IMG/VR virus record: IMGVR_UViG_3300009376_001085
Span: 35,132-99,131 of that record
Reading direction: 5' to 3' (one strand)
Length of the DNA: 64,000 bases
Source: a virus
Taxonomy: Duplodnaviria; Caudoviricetes
In this document: piece by piece, positions 48,899-59,346 of the stretch
Position numbering within the stretch: position 1 is the stretch's first letter
Layout: the number at the start of each line of letters is the position of its first letter
Made by a program: the position numbers and the translations under genes
Notes under the pieces: generated by a model
What the model was told of the DNA's origin: nothing
Database searches by the model: none
What the model saw: the letters and a program-made list of their open reading frames with translations, nothing else

Positions 48899-50016
48899 AA
48901 TAATTTTCTATTTCTATTAATAAAATCTAACACAATTTGCGGTAAACTCTCTAGCATAGATACATCGCCATATTTAGGATTATTTGCATCCATCGGAATC
49001 ATATCTCCTGATTTAGAAGATTCTAAATGGACAAACTCCGGTTCTGGAAAAATGTTGTAGCTTCCATCTTTTTCGGATTCAGCAAATATTACTTTAATAA
49101 CATGGCCTATTAACTGACCACCTTTCCATTCCCCGATATACAATGCCCGATATGCTTCATTATATTTTTTAGGCATAAAATTCCATATAGCAACTCCAAT
49201 ACCTTCGGCTAGTCTATTTTTCCATAACCCGAACTGTTTCATTGATCCTGGATATTCGTGATATCCCCAACCATTTCTATTACCGTTGGCTATTTCTCCT
49301 TCATATATTTGTCCATCAGGATATACAAACCCTAATACGCCTTTAAGTTTTTTATTTAAAAAAATATGTCTGTTTGATTTATTATCATATTTGCCGTCAT
49401 AAAAATTATATCCTGGTTCTTTAGAATCGAAAAATGACAATTCATTCATATCTATTATAGGATATAATTGGGCTAAGATTTTTTTGTTTAATACTTTAAA
49501 ATTAGATGAATATGTTTTAGTTCCATTTTGAAGATAACCTAACGATGTTATATCTATTTCATTATTATCTTCATCATACCATTTTCCGTTACCAGTCGGA
49601 TAATAATGAATATCCCCTATATACTTGTAACCATCAACATGTAAAAATACACCAAATCCTTGAGCATTATTATTATTAAATTCACCTATTGCTGTAGCAC
49701 CATTTTGCCATCTATATATACCCCATCCATGCTTTTTATTTTTTACATATTGTCCTGCGTATATATGACCTAATCCCCATTGCTTAATACCGAGGCCGGT
49801 AACATTGCCATTTTCAAATTCACCCAAACAACGAGCACCCGGTTTAATATAATAGCCAAACCCATGTTCTTTACCGTCTTTATATTCTCCAAAATACGTT
49901 CTCTTAATTTCTGTATCATACGAGTACCCTATACCAGTATACTCTTTAAGCCGATCTATCGAAGAAACAAATGATGCCAATGTAAACTCTGTAAAATACT
50001 TTATACCTTTTATCAT
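48895..50016 (-). CDS. MORN-repeat protein
   Basis: Repeats of YxGE(F/Y/W)xxGxxxGxG (YFGEYKDGKEHGFG, YAGQYVKNKKHGWG, YEGEIANGNRNGWG). Confidence 0.8.
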   Translation of the reverse strand: MIKGIKYFTEFTLASFVSSIDRLKEYTGIGYSYDTEIKRTYFGEYKDGKEHGFGYYIKPGARCLGEFENGNVTGLGIKQWGLGHIYAGQYVKNKKHGWGIYRWQNGATAIGEFNNNNAQGFGVFLHVDGYKYIGDIHYYPTGNGKWYDEDNNEIDITSLGYLQNGTKTYSSNFKVLNKKILAQLYPIIDMNELSFFDSKEPGYNFYDGKYDNKSNRHIFLNKKLKGVLGFVYPDGQIYEGEIANGNRNGWGYHEYPGSMKQFGLWKNRLAEGIGVAIWNFMPKKYNEAYRALYIGEWKGGQLIGHVIKVIFAESEKDGSYNIFPEPEFVHLESSKSGDMIPMDANNPKYGDVSMLESLPQIVLDFINRNRKLL

Positions 50017-50031
50017 ATATCCTTCAATCCT

Positions 50032-50745
50032 TTATTTATGGTTAATTCGCTTAAGAAATTCATCTTTACCTTTTTGCGTTCCATCAACTGAACAATTATT
50101 ACATGGCGCAAAATCTCGTTTACCATTATAAATTCTATCTAATTTATTCCATGCATCTACAATATTTTTACCATACCCTACTTTTCTATTCCAATCATTA
50201 CAACATAATCGAACAGTACCATCTAAATCAATAAACATTTTATAAAAAGGTATATAGCAATAACCATCACGGGCGTCTTTGCCTATGTCAACTGACCCAC
50301 CTCTATTAGTAAAATTAGGTTCTCTTTCTTCTAGTGGGCGTAATTCAATATTATCATATTGTCCCCATGCTTCTTGGAACATATCATATTGTGGCTTGCC
50401 ATCATATATTGACACATAAACAATATCTATATCTCGCGACAATATACTTTCAAGCATTTTAGAATTTTTATATAGTATATCGCCATTAGTTGTAATACGT
50501 ATTTTACACTTTTTAGGCATAAGGTCAATAATATTAAACAAATCTTTATTCATTAATGGTTCGCCCCAGCCAGTGAAACTTAACGTACCTTTCCAACGAA
50601 TGTTATCTATTTGTTTTGCTATATTCTCTGCGGTGGGTATGGACATGTATCCCGTCCACTTAAACCCTTGTCCATGAGGACAAAAAATACATTTTCTGTT
50701 ACACCTATCTGTAATATTCAATTCAATTGATTTGAGATCAAGCAT
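50032..50745 (-). CDS. radical SAM/SPASM (twitch) protein
   Basis: CNRKCIFC, GWGEPL, TTNG, NRGG, CYIPF...LCCNDW...CNNC. Confidence 0.9.
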   Translation of the reverse strand: MLDLKSIELNITDRCNRKCIFCPHGQGFKWTGYMSIPTAENIAKQIDNIRWKGTLSFTGWGEPLMNKDLFNIIDLMPKKCKIRITTNGDILYKNSKMLESILSRDIDIVYVSIYDGKPQYDMFQEAWGQYDNIELRPLEEREPNFTNRGGSVDIGKDARDGYCYIPFYKMFIDLDGTVRLCCNDWNRKVGYGKNIVDAWNKLDRIYNGKRDFAPCNNCSVDGTQKGKDEFLKRINHK

Positions 50746-51797
50746 GAACGTATTTTTTCTATATGTCTGTATATTATTTTTTTTGAAACTGTAGATAAAT
50801 CGTCGTTAAAATAAACATCATATTCTTTTAAAATTTTCAAACAGTCATGATTTGCTTTTTCTAACATAGCATCAGTAATCGGACCGTCGTTATTAAAACA
50901 GTTTATTTTTTTTAATTGGGAAGTATCTTTATCTATAATTAGTTTATCTAAATCAATTATGTAATTGTTATTATTTATATAAAATTTATCCTTAGGTATT
51001 TCTATCGAAAATGTTCCTGTAATAATTTCTTGTTCTAATTTTTTTGCTAACTTATCTTTTTCTTTATTATTTAAATTTAAAATTTTTTCTATATATAATT
51101 TTGGATTTTTACAAACAGGATCGTTGTTTATACCTTTATATATTTCAAGATTAGAATCTAAATGTATAAATCGACAAAAAATACCAAGAATAGACGGGTC
51201 TTGGATTAATTTAAGTGGATTAAATGTTTTGTAAGTTAACATAAGAAATTTAAACCAGATATGTTTAAATATTGGTTGATATAATCTTATATTAGGTAAT
51301 GGATCTATTGATTTTTTAAATTTTTCATACATTATAGGTAAAAAATGAGAATTAATTATAAAAGGTGTATCACTTTCAGCTGAAATATTTACATCTAAAT
51401 TATAAATAAAATCATTGTTTGGTAATTTATTATCTATCCAGTATATTGAATTAAAATTAGCGATTAATATAGATATAGATTTTTCTAAACTTATATTTTT
51501 ATTACTACATAATTCTTTCAAAAAATTATTTACTTTAGTTTCTTCATGATGTAAAATATTTCCTGCCGAATCCATGCACCGCCATCGATAACTTTTTTGG
51601 GATCTATTTTTATTAATAATTTTTTCTATTAAATGATTGTCAGATACAAATTGGTTATATATTTTTAAATTATTTAAATGTTTATATTGATCAATATAAC
51701 TAAACTGAATAAATGAAGTTAGAAAATCACCCATACTACCAGTAGAATATATAATATATATTATATCATCTAAATTATTTTTGCTTATATGGTACAT
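50718..51797 (-). CDS. hypothetical protein
   Basis: 359-aa ORF; N-terminal YSTGSMGDFL. Confidence 0.6.
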   Translation of the reverse strand: MYHISKNNLDDIIYIIYSTGSMGDFLTSFIQFSYIDQYKHLNNLKIYNQFVSDNHLIEKIINKNRSQKSYRWRCMDSAGNILHHEETKVNNFLKELCSNKNISLEKSISILIANFNSIYWIDNKLPNNDFIYNLDVNISAESDTPFIINSHFLPIMYEKFKKSIDPLPNIRLYQPIFKHIWFKFLMLTYKTFNPLKLIQDPSILGIFCRFIHLDSNLEIYKGINNDPVCKNPKLYIEKILNLNNKEKDKLAKKLEQEIITGTFSIEIPKDKFYINNNNYIIDLDKLIIDKDTSQLKKINCFNNDGPITDAMLEKANHDCLKILKEYDVYFNDDLSTVSKKIIYRHIEKIRSCLISNQLN

Positions 51798-51803
51798 TAT
51801 TAG

Positions 51804-52661
51804 TTAAATTAGTAAAAGTATTCGCCACAATTCTCTTTTATCATAACACCAATCTTGTTTTCTAGAATGAATTACTTGAAAATTATCCCACATAAGCATG
51901 TCCTTTTCTTTCCACGTACATTCTTCTGCAAATTTATTTTCTAATTCATGATCGTGCGAAATAAGTTTTTGGATTACTGACGTATATAATCCTTTTTTAT
52001 CATTATCTATATCAGAAATATCTTCAATAGATGTAGTTGATAAGTTTAAAATAGGTATATTTAAGATAGGATGATAAACAATAGGAGAGTAATATTCTTC
52101 TGCTTGCTTTTCTTTTTTAGAGAAATTAATAAAAATATCAGGAATATCCCAAACCCAGCCTAGTTTCTTTTTATCTGTTATTTTTTGATCCTGATTTGAC
52201 ATCCGTTGGTGTAATTTCTTGAAGTTATAATGCATCTGAATAGATTTAAGATACTCTACATCATTATCAAATACTTCTGCTAATATTTTAGTAGTATCTA
52301 TAAATTTAGTCGGTAAACTTTGAGCATTGTCTTTATTATATGCAACCCCTGTAATACATTTTTTACAAAACAAAGGAGTTCTAAAAGAAATATCTGAGTG
52401 CCAGGGTAACTCACAGGCCGGGCCAAGTAGCCCGTCTTTAGCAACTCGTATAACACCTGGTGAAGGCATGCCCGGTAAATCACCATCCAATTTACCACAC
52501 CCCATATTTGCTACTATGTTACCATTAATTGCTGATTTGCTAAATTGTAAAAAATCTTCTGGATTAAAAGTTATATCTTGTTCATTTTTTACTAAAATAA
52601 CACCATGCTTTAATACTTCTTGTTTATAGTTTTTGTTTACATCTAGCGTTGTAGTATACAT
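51804..52661 (-). CDS. TauD/TfdA-family dioxygenase
   Basis: PWHSD, TKFID, IVYHP, WKEKDMLMWDNFQVIHSR...RELWR. Confidence 0.8.
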   Translation of the reverse strand: MYTTTLDVNKNYKQEVLKHGVILVKNEQDITFNPEDFLQFSKSAINGNIVANMGCGKLDGDLPGMPSPGVIRVAKDGLLGPACELPWHSDISFRTPLFCKKCITGVAYNKDNAQSLPTKFIDTTKILAEVFDNDVEYLKSIQMHYNFKKLHQRMSNQDQKITDKKKLGWVWDIPDIFINFSKKEKQAEEYYSPIVYHPILNIPILNLSTTSIEDISDIDNDKKGLYTSVIQKLISHDHELENKFAEECTWKEKDMLMWDNFQVIHSRKQDWCYDKRELWRILLLI

Positions 52662-53182
52662 CCTTTTCCCCAAAACATCGGTATATGTTTATTTACTACA
52701 TAATATTTTGCAATTCTATTTTTTAATTTTAATGGCATTTTATATTCATAATCAATATCATATATATAACCTGTAGTGTTTATTTTATTCCAATATCTTT
52801 CCCAAAAAGCATTATGGCTTTTTCTTGCATTCCAATATACTGTATCAATATCGTTTTTAATATGGTCTATTACCATGTATGAAAATAAATCGGAATATGA
52901 ATTAGGTGAAAATATATTATAACCTTCACGAATTATTCCATTTGAATGTATTATTTCATTTGATTTAATTAGTCTCGAATGCCATGTACGCTGAACAGAT
53001 ATTAATTCTTTATCAAATCCTCCATAAAATTCTGTAATATGATTTTTTAATGTCTTTTTCCATAGACCAAAAAACATTTGTCCTTCTATGCTCTGTAAAG
53101 TAATTTTATTTAATATGAATTTTTTTGTAGATAGTAGATCTATTACACTATCATAATCGTCTACAGTTAATTTACGAAACAA
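52643..53182 (-). CDS. hypothetical protein (weakly GNAT-like)
   Basis: MFRKLTVDD start, VYWNAR...FWER; weak resemblance only. Confidence 0.5.
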   Translation of the reverse strand: MFRKLTVDDYDSVIDLLSTKKFILNKITLQSIEGQMFFGLWKKTLKNHITEFYGGFDKELISVQRTWHSRLIKSNEIIHSNGIIREGYNIFSPNSYSDLFSYMVIDHIKNDIDTVYWNARKSHNAFWERYWNKINTTGYIYDIDYEYKMPLKLKNRIAKYYVVNKHIPMFWGKGCILQR

Positions 53183-53768
53183 TTGTCATACCTGAAATAT
53201 TTTTATCGTCTAAAGCAATATGTACAAATTTACGTATAGTATCTGAAGAAATAGATTTTTTCGTAAATTGATCTCCGAATATATTTGCGGATCCGGGAGT
53301 ATTAACAATGTCTGTACATATATTAATATGTTGTATAAATTTATATCTGTTAGTAATATATTTAAAATATGTGTCTACTGCCGCTTTAGATGCATAATAT
53401 GCAGGTGGTAACATTTTTACATCCCTAAAAGCAGTAAGTGCCAACGATCCAAATGTTAAAAATTTTGTAGGTTGTTGAATACTTATTTGATGCTCAACTA
53501 TAGAACATAACGGATGAAACATAATATCAAATAAATTACGTACACTATCTGTCCTGGACATATCCATACATGTGTATGTGATAAAATCAAATGTATTATT
53601 ATTTAAGAATTTATTAAGTTCATTAGTATCAGTAACATCAAGTATTATAGTATTATTTTTGCCAGATCGGCTTATACCTATAACAGAATGTTTTAAATCT
53701 CTATGTAACAAAAGAACTTCTTTGCCTAATCCTTTGCTTGCTCCTACTACAAGTGCGTTAATTTTCAT
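53172..53768 (-). CDS. short-chain dehydrogenase/reductase
   Basis: VVGASKGLG NAD(P) motif and YYASK catalytic motif. Confidence 0.8.
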   Translation of the reverse strand: MKINALVVGASKGLGKEVLLLHRDLKHSVIGISRSGKNNTIILDVTDTNELNKFLNNNTFDFITYTCMDMSRTDSVRNLFDIMFHPLCSIVEHQISIQQPTKFLTFGSLALTAFRDVKMLPPAYYASKAAVDTYFKYITNRYKFIQHINICTDIVNTPGSANIFGDQFTKKSISSDTIRKFVHIALDDKNISGMTIVS

Positions 53769-55209
53769 AAATTTGTTTTAGATATTGTTGTTTAAGATTT
53801 TCTTTTCGTATTTTAAATTCTTTAAAATTAATATCAGAAGTTTTAGAAATATTAAAACATTTGGTATAATCATACCCCAAATTTCTCATGCGAGAATAAA
53901 ATTGAAAAGAAGACAAATAAGTTTTTGTTTTACATTTCTCATTAGTGGTAAAATTAGTTAACAACTCATCTGCTTGTTCACTTGTGATTTCCTTGCTTAG
54001 CCAAGTTTCGTTTGTTTCTTTACTAAACGTACTATAATCTATTATATCTTCTAATGTTTTATCATACTTTGGTATATATAATTTTTGAAATACAAAACTA
54101 TCTAATGGACAATCGGGTGCAGTAAGCCAGTCAAATGTTTCATTTAATGACTCTTCTGTTTCCCCAGGCAATCCTATTATAAAACTTGCTCCTAATAGAA
54201 CATCGTTGTTATATTTTTCTTTTAAAAAATATAATAATTCTTTTTGTTTTTCTGGATGCAATCCTTTGCCTATATGTTTGCCTGCTTTATGATTAAAAGT
54301 TTCAATTCCAAATTGTAAACTTTTTGCACCACTTTCTTGTAATAATTCTCGCATTTCTCGCCATCGCCACATCAAATCTAATCTAGCATAACTAGACCAT
54401 TCAATTTGAAACGGTAAAGAAGTAAAAGTTTCATGCAAAGACCTAACTTTATGAATAGAATCATTATACAAATCATCAGTAAACATGTAACCTGTTGTCC
54501 CCCAATTATTATAATTCAATAGCATTTCTTCTTTTATTGTTTCTGCTAGTTTAACATTATCTCCTGTATTTTTTTTATCATAATTACAAAATTTACAATT
54601 AAATGCACACCCTCTTGCTATTTCTATTGGTAAATGTTCGTTATCAAAAATATAATCACTTACATGAAATAATATTTTACTTCTTTTAAATTTATCATAT
54701 TTGTAATTTGTATTGCTATAAATTTTATTTTCAATTTTTTTATTATTTTTTAAACAATTTAACAATGCTATAATACTATTATCTGCTTCCCCTAATACAT
54801 AATAATCTATTGGGAGTCGTCCGTTGTAATGCGGTGCCTTTGCTCCTCCGATAACTATTTTACAATTACTATTTTTTGTTTTAATATAATTTAAAAATTC
54901 CATCATCCATGGATTAGAATGGGGGAATGTTGCAATATTTGACAAACGAAGACGTTTTCGTAAATCAGGAGATGCTTCATCTTCAGTTGCTCTACTGAAC
55001 AAAGTTGTTGCAAAACCCACAATAAGAGTATCTTTTGTAACAAATTTATCTATTAACTGTTTTGATTCTTCTAGTGTAAAATGAGCGAAAAAGTCGATAA
55101 CTTGGCACGAATATCCTGTATTTCTTATTTCTGTTGCTACTTTATATGCGCCAGCGTATCTACCAAACCCCGGTACTCCGTTACAGTCAGTAAATATTAT
55201 TGTATCCAT
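53758..55209 (-). CDS. cobalamin-binding-domain radical SAM protein (class B methyltransferase-like)
   Basis: N-terminal VGFAT...IVIGG...GEAD, EIARGCAFNCKFC, FGIET, FIIGLPGET. Confidence 0.85.
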   Translation of the reverse strand: MDTIIFTDCNGVPGFGRYAGAYKVATEIRNTGYSCQVIDFFAHFTLEESKQLIDKFVTKDTLIVGFATTLFSRATEDEASPDLRKRLRLSNIATFPHSNPWMMEFLNYIKTKNSNCKIVIGGAKAPHYNGRLPIDYYVLGEADNSIIALLNCLKNNKKIENKIYSNTNYKYDKFKRSKILFHVSDYIFDNEHLPIEIARGCAFNCKFCNYDKKNTGDNVKLAETIKEEMLLNYNNWGTTGYMFTDDLYNDSIHKVRSLHETFTSLPFQIEWSSYARLDLMWRWREMRELLQESGAKSLQFGIETFNHKAGKHIGKGLHPEKQKELLYFLKEKYNNDVLLGASFIIGLPGETEESLNETFDWLTAPDCPLDSFVFQKLYIPKYDKTLEDIIDYSTFSKETNETWLSKEITSEQADELLTNFTTNEKCKTKTYLSSFQFYSRMRNLGYDYTKCFNISKTSDINFKEFKIRKENLKQQYLKQIYEN

Positions 55210-55211
55210 TT

Positions 55212-56108
55212 TTAATTACTTGAATATACCTTTAATACATTTCTTTCTTCATAATCATTTAATAATGTTTCATATGGTAAACTTAAAAACCGGCGCCATT
55301 TTTTGGGTTGTTTTTTTGCATCTTTAAATTGATCACACATATTTGGCGGAAAAATATATCGTTTTTTTTGCTTAGGAATATTAAATCCAAACCAATTATA
55401 TAATTCGTTCTTCCAACCAAAATCGAAATCTTCCGTTGTTTTTTCTTTTACTTTTTGTTTTATAAAATCATTAAAAATAAACGAACAACCAGTTGCGGAT
55501 GTATCTGTTAAAAATCTTGCTTCGCCAGGTCTTTTATAATAATTAAAACTTTCAGAACTACTAAGTCCCATAACTGAGGAAATAAAATGCATTTTACCTT
55601 TACGTAATCCGAGATCACCCGGCATACTAATACCTAAACATAAAAAATATTCAACAGGTAAATTGCCAATGGCCCAATATTGCAAAAAGTAATCTGGATG
55701 AGGTAACCATAAATCTAATTTCATGTATTCATCAAATAATTCATTTGCATTAATATCTATATATTCGACCTGTTTTTTATTATCTTTACAAAATTGTTTT
55801 GCAAATTCTATTTCATATTCATTTAAAAATTTACCACTATCATAAACTTTATACACGAAATGCATAGCATCTACTTTTGCTTCGTGGAAAGCATTAGCAA
55901 CAACTAAACTATCCTGCCCGCCACTTAACATTATAGCAGGATTTTCAATATCATATCGTTGACATCTCTGAAGTAATGTTTCTTTATAATCAAGGGGGTT
56001 TATTCCTTTTGTATTAGTAGCATGATCATAAAAATGATTATACCACCAATTAAATCCTAATTCAAATTGATAGTTTTCTGATATTTTATATTTAAACCAA
56101 GTATTCAT
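55212..56108 (-). CDS. PP-loop (adenine nucleotide alpha hydrolase-like) protein
   Basis: IMLSGGQDS. Confidence 0.55.
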   Translation of the reverse strand: MNTWFKYKISENYQFELGFNWWYNHFYDHATNTKGINPLDYKETLLQRCQRYDIENPAIMLSGGQDSLVVANAFHEAKVDAMHFVYKVYDSGKFLNEYEIEFAKQFCKDNKKQVEYIDINANELFDEYMKLDLWLPHPDYFLQYWAIGNLPVEYFLCLGISMPGDLGLRKGKMHFISSVMGLSSSESFNYYKRPGEARFLTDTSATGCSFIFNDFIKQKVKEKTTEDFDFGWKNELYNWFGFNIPKQKKRYIFPPNMCDQFKDAKKQPKKWRRFLSLPYETLLNDYEERNVLKVYSSN

Positions 56109-57402
56109 TTATATTTTTAGTATTATTGAGGACTTCTCTGTGTATTTCTGTTTTAAAAAAAGAAGAATTCGTTTCTAAAAATGAAACCAAAGGAAGTGCT
56201 TTATTATATTTAATCAAATCTTTATCGTCACGATAGAAATTAAAAAACGGATTAAAAGTATTATGACTAAGATAATTATCTATAGAATGTAAAATTCTAT
56301 ATGGACTCATATTTGTTGATTGTTTAACATCTTTAGGATAAAAATATATGTGTTTTGTAAAATTATTATGTATAATTTTTTCTAAAGTAGAATCCGCATT
56401 TAAACCATTATGATAAAATATTTCAGGAAAATCGTAATCAATAATAGAATTTTTAAAACCTTTAGCAATATGTATATTGGCATTAAGTCCTTCGGCTAAT
56501 AAAGTACCAACGTAAACATCTGTACATTGGCTCATAACTATTAACCTTTTTGTAGAAGGAACTTTTTCAGTTATAAAATTTTTTAAATATTCTATACTAT
56601 TTTGTATGTTATTTGTTAAAGGACCAATACCATAATAATGCGAATCATATAAATCCTGAGGTGTTTTAGTTAGAATTATTATATTATATTCATTAAAATA
56701 TTCATTAAAAAATTTAGTTTGAATAAATTTAATATATCCTAATTTATTAAGGTGCTCTCCAAAGGTGGAAATATATAACAATGTTTTATTTTTATTCTTA
56801 TTATATACTGCTAATCTATCATGAAACCAACAAAAATTAGTTGCTTTTATTTTTTTACTTAAATTTAAATATTTCTGTATTATCGTATTATCATAAAATT
56901 TATTTTCTCCTATTAATTTATCTAATATAATTGTATCAAGATTATTTTTTGTTTTTTTATAAAATATTATTCCAATAAATGGCTGAATTCGATTATTCAA
57001 AGATGATGTTAATATAACATTTAATTTTTCAGGAGAAAAACAATTTAAATAATTATCGTTTCTGTTTAAGAAAAGAGTTATATCATTTACATTTAACTTA
57101 ACAAAATTATTAGCTACAGGTAATAAAAAAATATTTGATTGTTTTGGTATATTGAATAAGTCTATTAAATTATGTTTTCCTGGTGTTATAATAGTAATAA
57201 TTTTAAAATCATAATTTTTCTTAAAAATTTCATCAGGAAAATAAAAATCTATCCATTTTTTTAAACCGTCGGGGACAATATCATTATTAATATCAATTAT
57301 ATTATTTGACGAGTAAAAATTAATATTATGTAATTCATCTCGCATCTTATGTAGTTCGTGAGCTACATGACTAAATCTAGTGTTAAATTTCCAAGTATAC
57401 AT
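56092..57402 (-). CDS. hypothetical protein
   Basis: 436-aa, very AT-rich ORF overlapping both neighbours. Confidence 0.6.
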   Translation of the reverse strand: MYTWKFNTRFSHVAHELHKMRDELHNINFYSSNNIIDINNDIVPDGLKKWIDFYFPDEIFKKNYDFKIITIITPGKHNLIDLFNIPKQSNIFLLPVANNFVKLNVNDITLFLNRNDNYLNCFSPEKLNVILTSSLNNRIQPFIGIIFYKKTKNNLDTIILDKLIGENKFYDNTIIQKYLNLSKKIKATNFCWFHDRLAVYNKNKNKTLLYISTFGEHLNKLGYIKFIQTKFFNEYFNEYNIIILTKTPQDLYDSHYYGIGPLTNNIQNSIEYLKNFITEKVPSTKRLIVMSQCTDVYVGTLLAEGLNANIHIAKGFKNSIIDYDFPEIFYHNGLNADSTLEKIIHNNFTKHIYFYPKDVKQSTNMSPYRILHSIDNYLSHNTFNPFFNFYRDDKDLIKYNKALPLVSFLETNSSFFKTEIHREVLNNTKNINEYLV

Positions 57403-58127
57403 CTATTATCTTTTGCATTTTTACTTATTTTTTTCCAAAGTTCATCATTAAGAGTGTTATTTACTAAATCTAATAAACGGGCCCATTCTTGTTTATTCGG
57501 ATATAAAATTAAATTTCTTGCATTAAAAAGAAAAATTTTATCAAATTTTTCTTTTGGATTATATCTCCAATTTGTAATATACATATTTCGTACAAAATCT
57601 ATACCATGTGTTTGTAATTTATCTATTAAATACCTATCAGGATTACCATGCGTATTTTGTAAATTTTTATGACACATTAAATTAAATTGTTCGTGTTCAT
57701 ATCCTTTTGGCCAATAAAAATGTAAAATAGTAAAATTATTTAAAAATTCGAAAAATATTTCTCTACGGCGAATTTCAGAATGTAAATGACAAAGAGCAAA
57801 ATAATAATTATCAATTGGGTCAACATTTTTTAACCATACATTAAATAAATAATTGCTTAGTTTATATAATTCTTTTAGATCTAATTTGTGTATATCTCTA
57901 TTAATATGTAATTTTTTAGACAATGTTTTATCTATTTCCATTGTCCGAAACCTACTTTTAAAAATATCTCTAAACCACCATTTATTAGTTAATTCGTTCC
58001 GCCAATTTTTATAATAATCTTTATAAACACAATCATCAGCTATTATTGTACCTATAAAATCTCCACCTGCTCCAGCAAATGCCGATATAAAATATATTTT
58101 ATCTTTTAATTCAAGAACGTCTATCAT
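57363..58127 (-). CDS. hypothetical protein (N-terminal FAGAGGDF loop)
   Basis: Motif shared with 19991-20890; likely start MIDVLE at 58127. Confidence 0.6.
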   Translation of the reverse strand: MIDVLELKDKIYFISAFAGAGGDFIGTIIADDCVYKDYYKNWRNELTNKWWFRDIFKSRFRTMEIDKTLSKKLHINRDIHKLDLKELYKLSNYLFNVWLKNVDPIDNYYFALCHLHSEIRRREIFFEFLNNFTILHFYWPKGYEHEQFNLMCHKNLQNTHGNPDRYLIDKLQTHGIDFVRNMYITNWRYNPKEKFDKIFLFNARNLILYPNKQEWARLLDLVNNTLNDELWKKISKNAKDNRCILGNLTLDLVM

Positions 58128-59346
58128 TTTTTTCATGGGTCCAAATGTCATCTATTTGATTATTCTCGCCACATGTGGTAGCACAATATCCTAATTTACC
58201 ACAACGAATATTATCCTTATTCCAGCCATCTTTAAATATATTAAAATAACCACTATTATACACTTCTTCTAATGTATTTTTGTATAAAGAAATATTATCT
58301 TCGCCAAATTTCTTAACTACTTGTTGTATCTGAACTAATTCAAACCAATTAGATGGTACATAATATACTGTACCTATCCAACAACATGGCATAACTAGTC
58401 CTTGGGCAGTAACATAAATCTCATGTTTATCTTCAGGATTTTCGGGTTTCCCTAATACTTTGCAATTTATAGTTGAATTATTAACTCTACGTTCATAATC
58501 AATCTCGGCATGAGCAGTTTTAGGATCAAAGTCTAAAATAGAATCCATAAATATTTTGTCCCATTTATATCTACTTGCTAAAGGTATAGATTGATGAATA
58601 TTAACATTACCTATTTCAGTTCTTGATCCTAAATTTCTATTGTTTTCATCTGTCGGCGCTTCTAATAAATATTCCATCTCTCCATTCCTATTATAAACAG
58701 GGTGGGGCACAGGATTTCCGATTTTATCTAAATTTTGAAACCCTAATGCTTTTTTTGCAATAAATTTATCAAATCCCATTTCTTCACTTAATTGACGAGC
58801 TTCGTCAATTTGATGTTCATTATGTTTAAAAATAAGAAATTCCCATTCTGCTTTGCCACCGCCATCTATAAATGCTTGAGAATTTTCCATTACTTTTTTC
58901 CAACTATTATTTCTTCTATATAAATGATTAGTATCTTCCAAACCATCTATACTAAAAATTAATTGTCCTCTATCTACATTTTTGGGGAAATATTTTCCTA
59001 ACTCTTTATAATAATCAGGAGTCCGAACTCCTCCATTTGTATTCATATGGATAAATGAATCGTCGTGTTCTGTTCTTATATATTCTATAATTTTTAACAT
59101 ATCTTTAGCAACATTTGGCTCGCCAGTACCTCCACATAAAACCCAACTTTTTAATTGCTTAATATAAGGCGAAAACCAAGATTTAAAATCTTGAAAAGAT
59201 ATTTCAGTTAGTTCTAATGTTTTTCTTACAGATGCGCCATTAATACTTCGAGGGCACATAGGGCACAATAAATTACATTTACTTGTAGGTTCTAAATGTA
59301 TTTGATAAAGAGACTCTAACTCAAAATCCGGGTAATATTTCTGCAT
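58111..59346 (-). CDS. radical SAM/SPASM protein, paralog of 35008-36069
   Basis: CNLLCPMC, FSIDGLEDTNHLYR (identical in 35008), FKHNEHQ, INCK...MPCCW...CATTC. Confidence 0.9.
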   Translation of the reverse strand: MQKYYPDFELESLYQIHLEPTSKCNLLCPMCPRSINGASVRKTLELTEISFQDFKSWFSPYIKQLKSWVLCGGTGEPNVAKDMLKIIEYIRTEHDDSFIHMNTNGGVRTPDYYKELGKYFPKNVDRGQLIFSIDGLEDTNHLYRRNNSWKKVMENSQAFIDGGGKAEWEFLIFKHNEHQIDEARQLSEEMGFDKFIAKKALGFQNLDKIGNPVPHPVYNRNGEMEYLLEAPTDENNRNLGSRTEIGNVNIHQSIPLASRYKWDKIFMDSILDFDPKTAHAEIDYERRVNNSTINCKVLGKPENPEDKHEIYVTAQGLVMPCCWIGTVYYVPSNWFELVQIQQVVKKFGEDNISLYKNTLEEVYNSGYFNIFKDGWNKDNIRCGKLGYCATTCGENNQIDDIWTHEKNDRRS

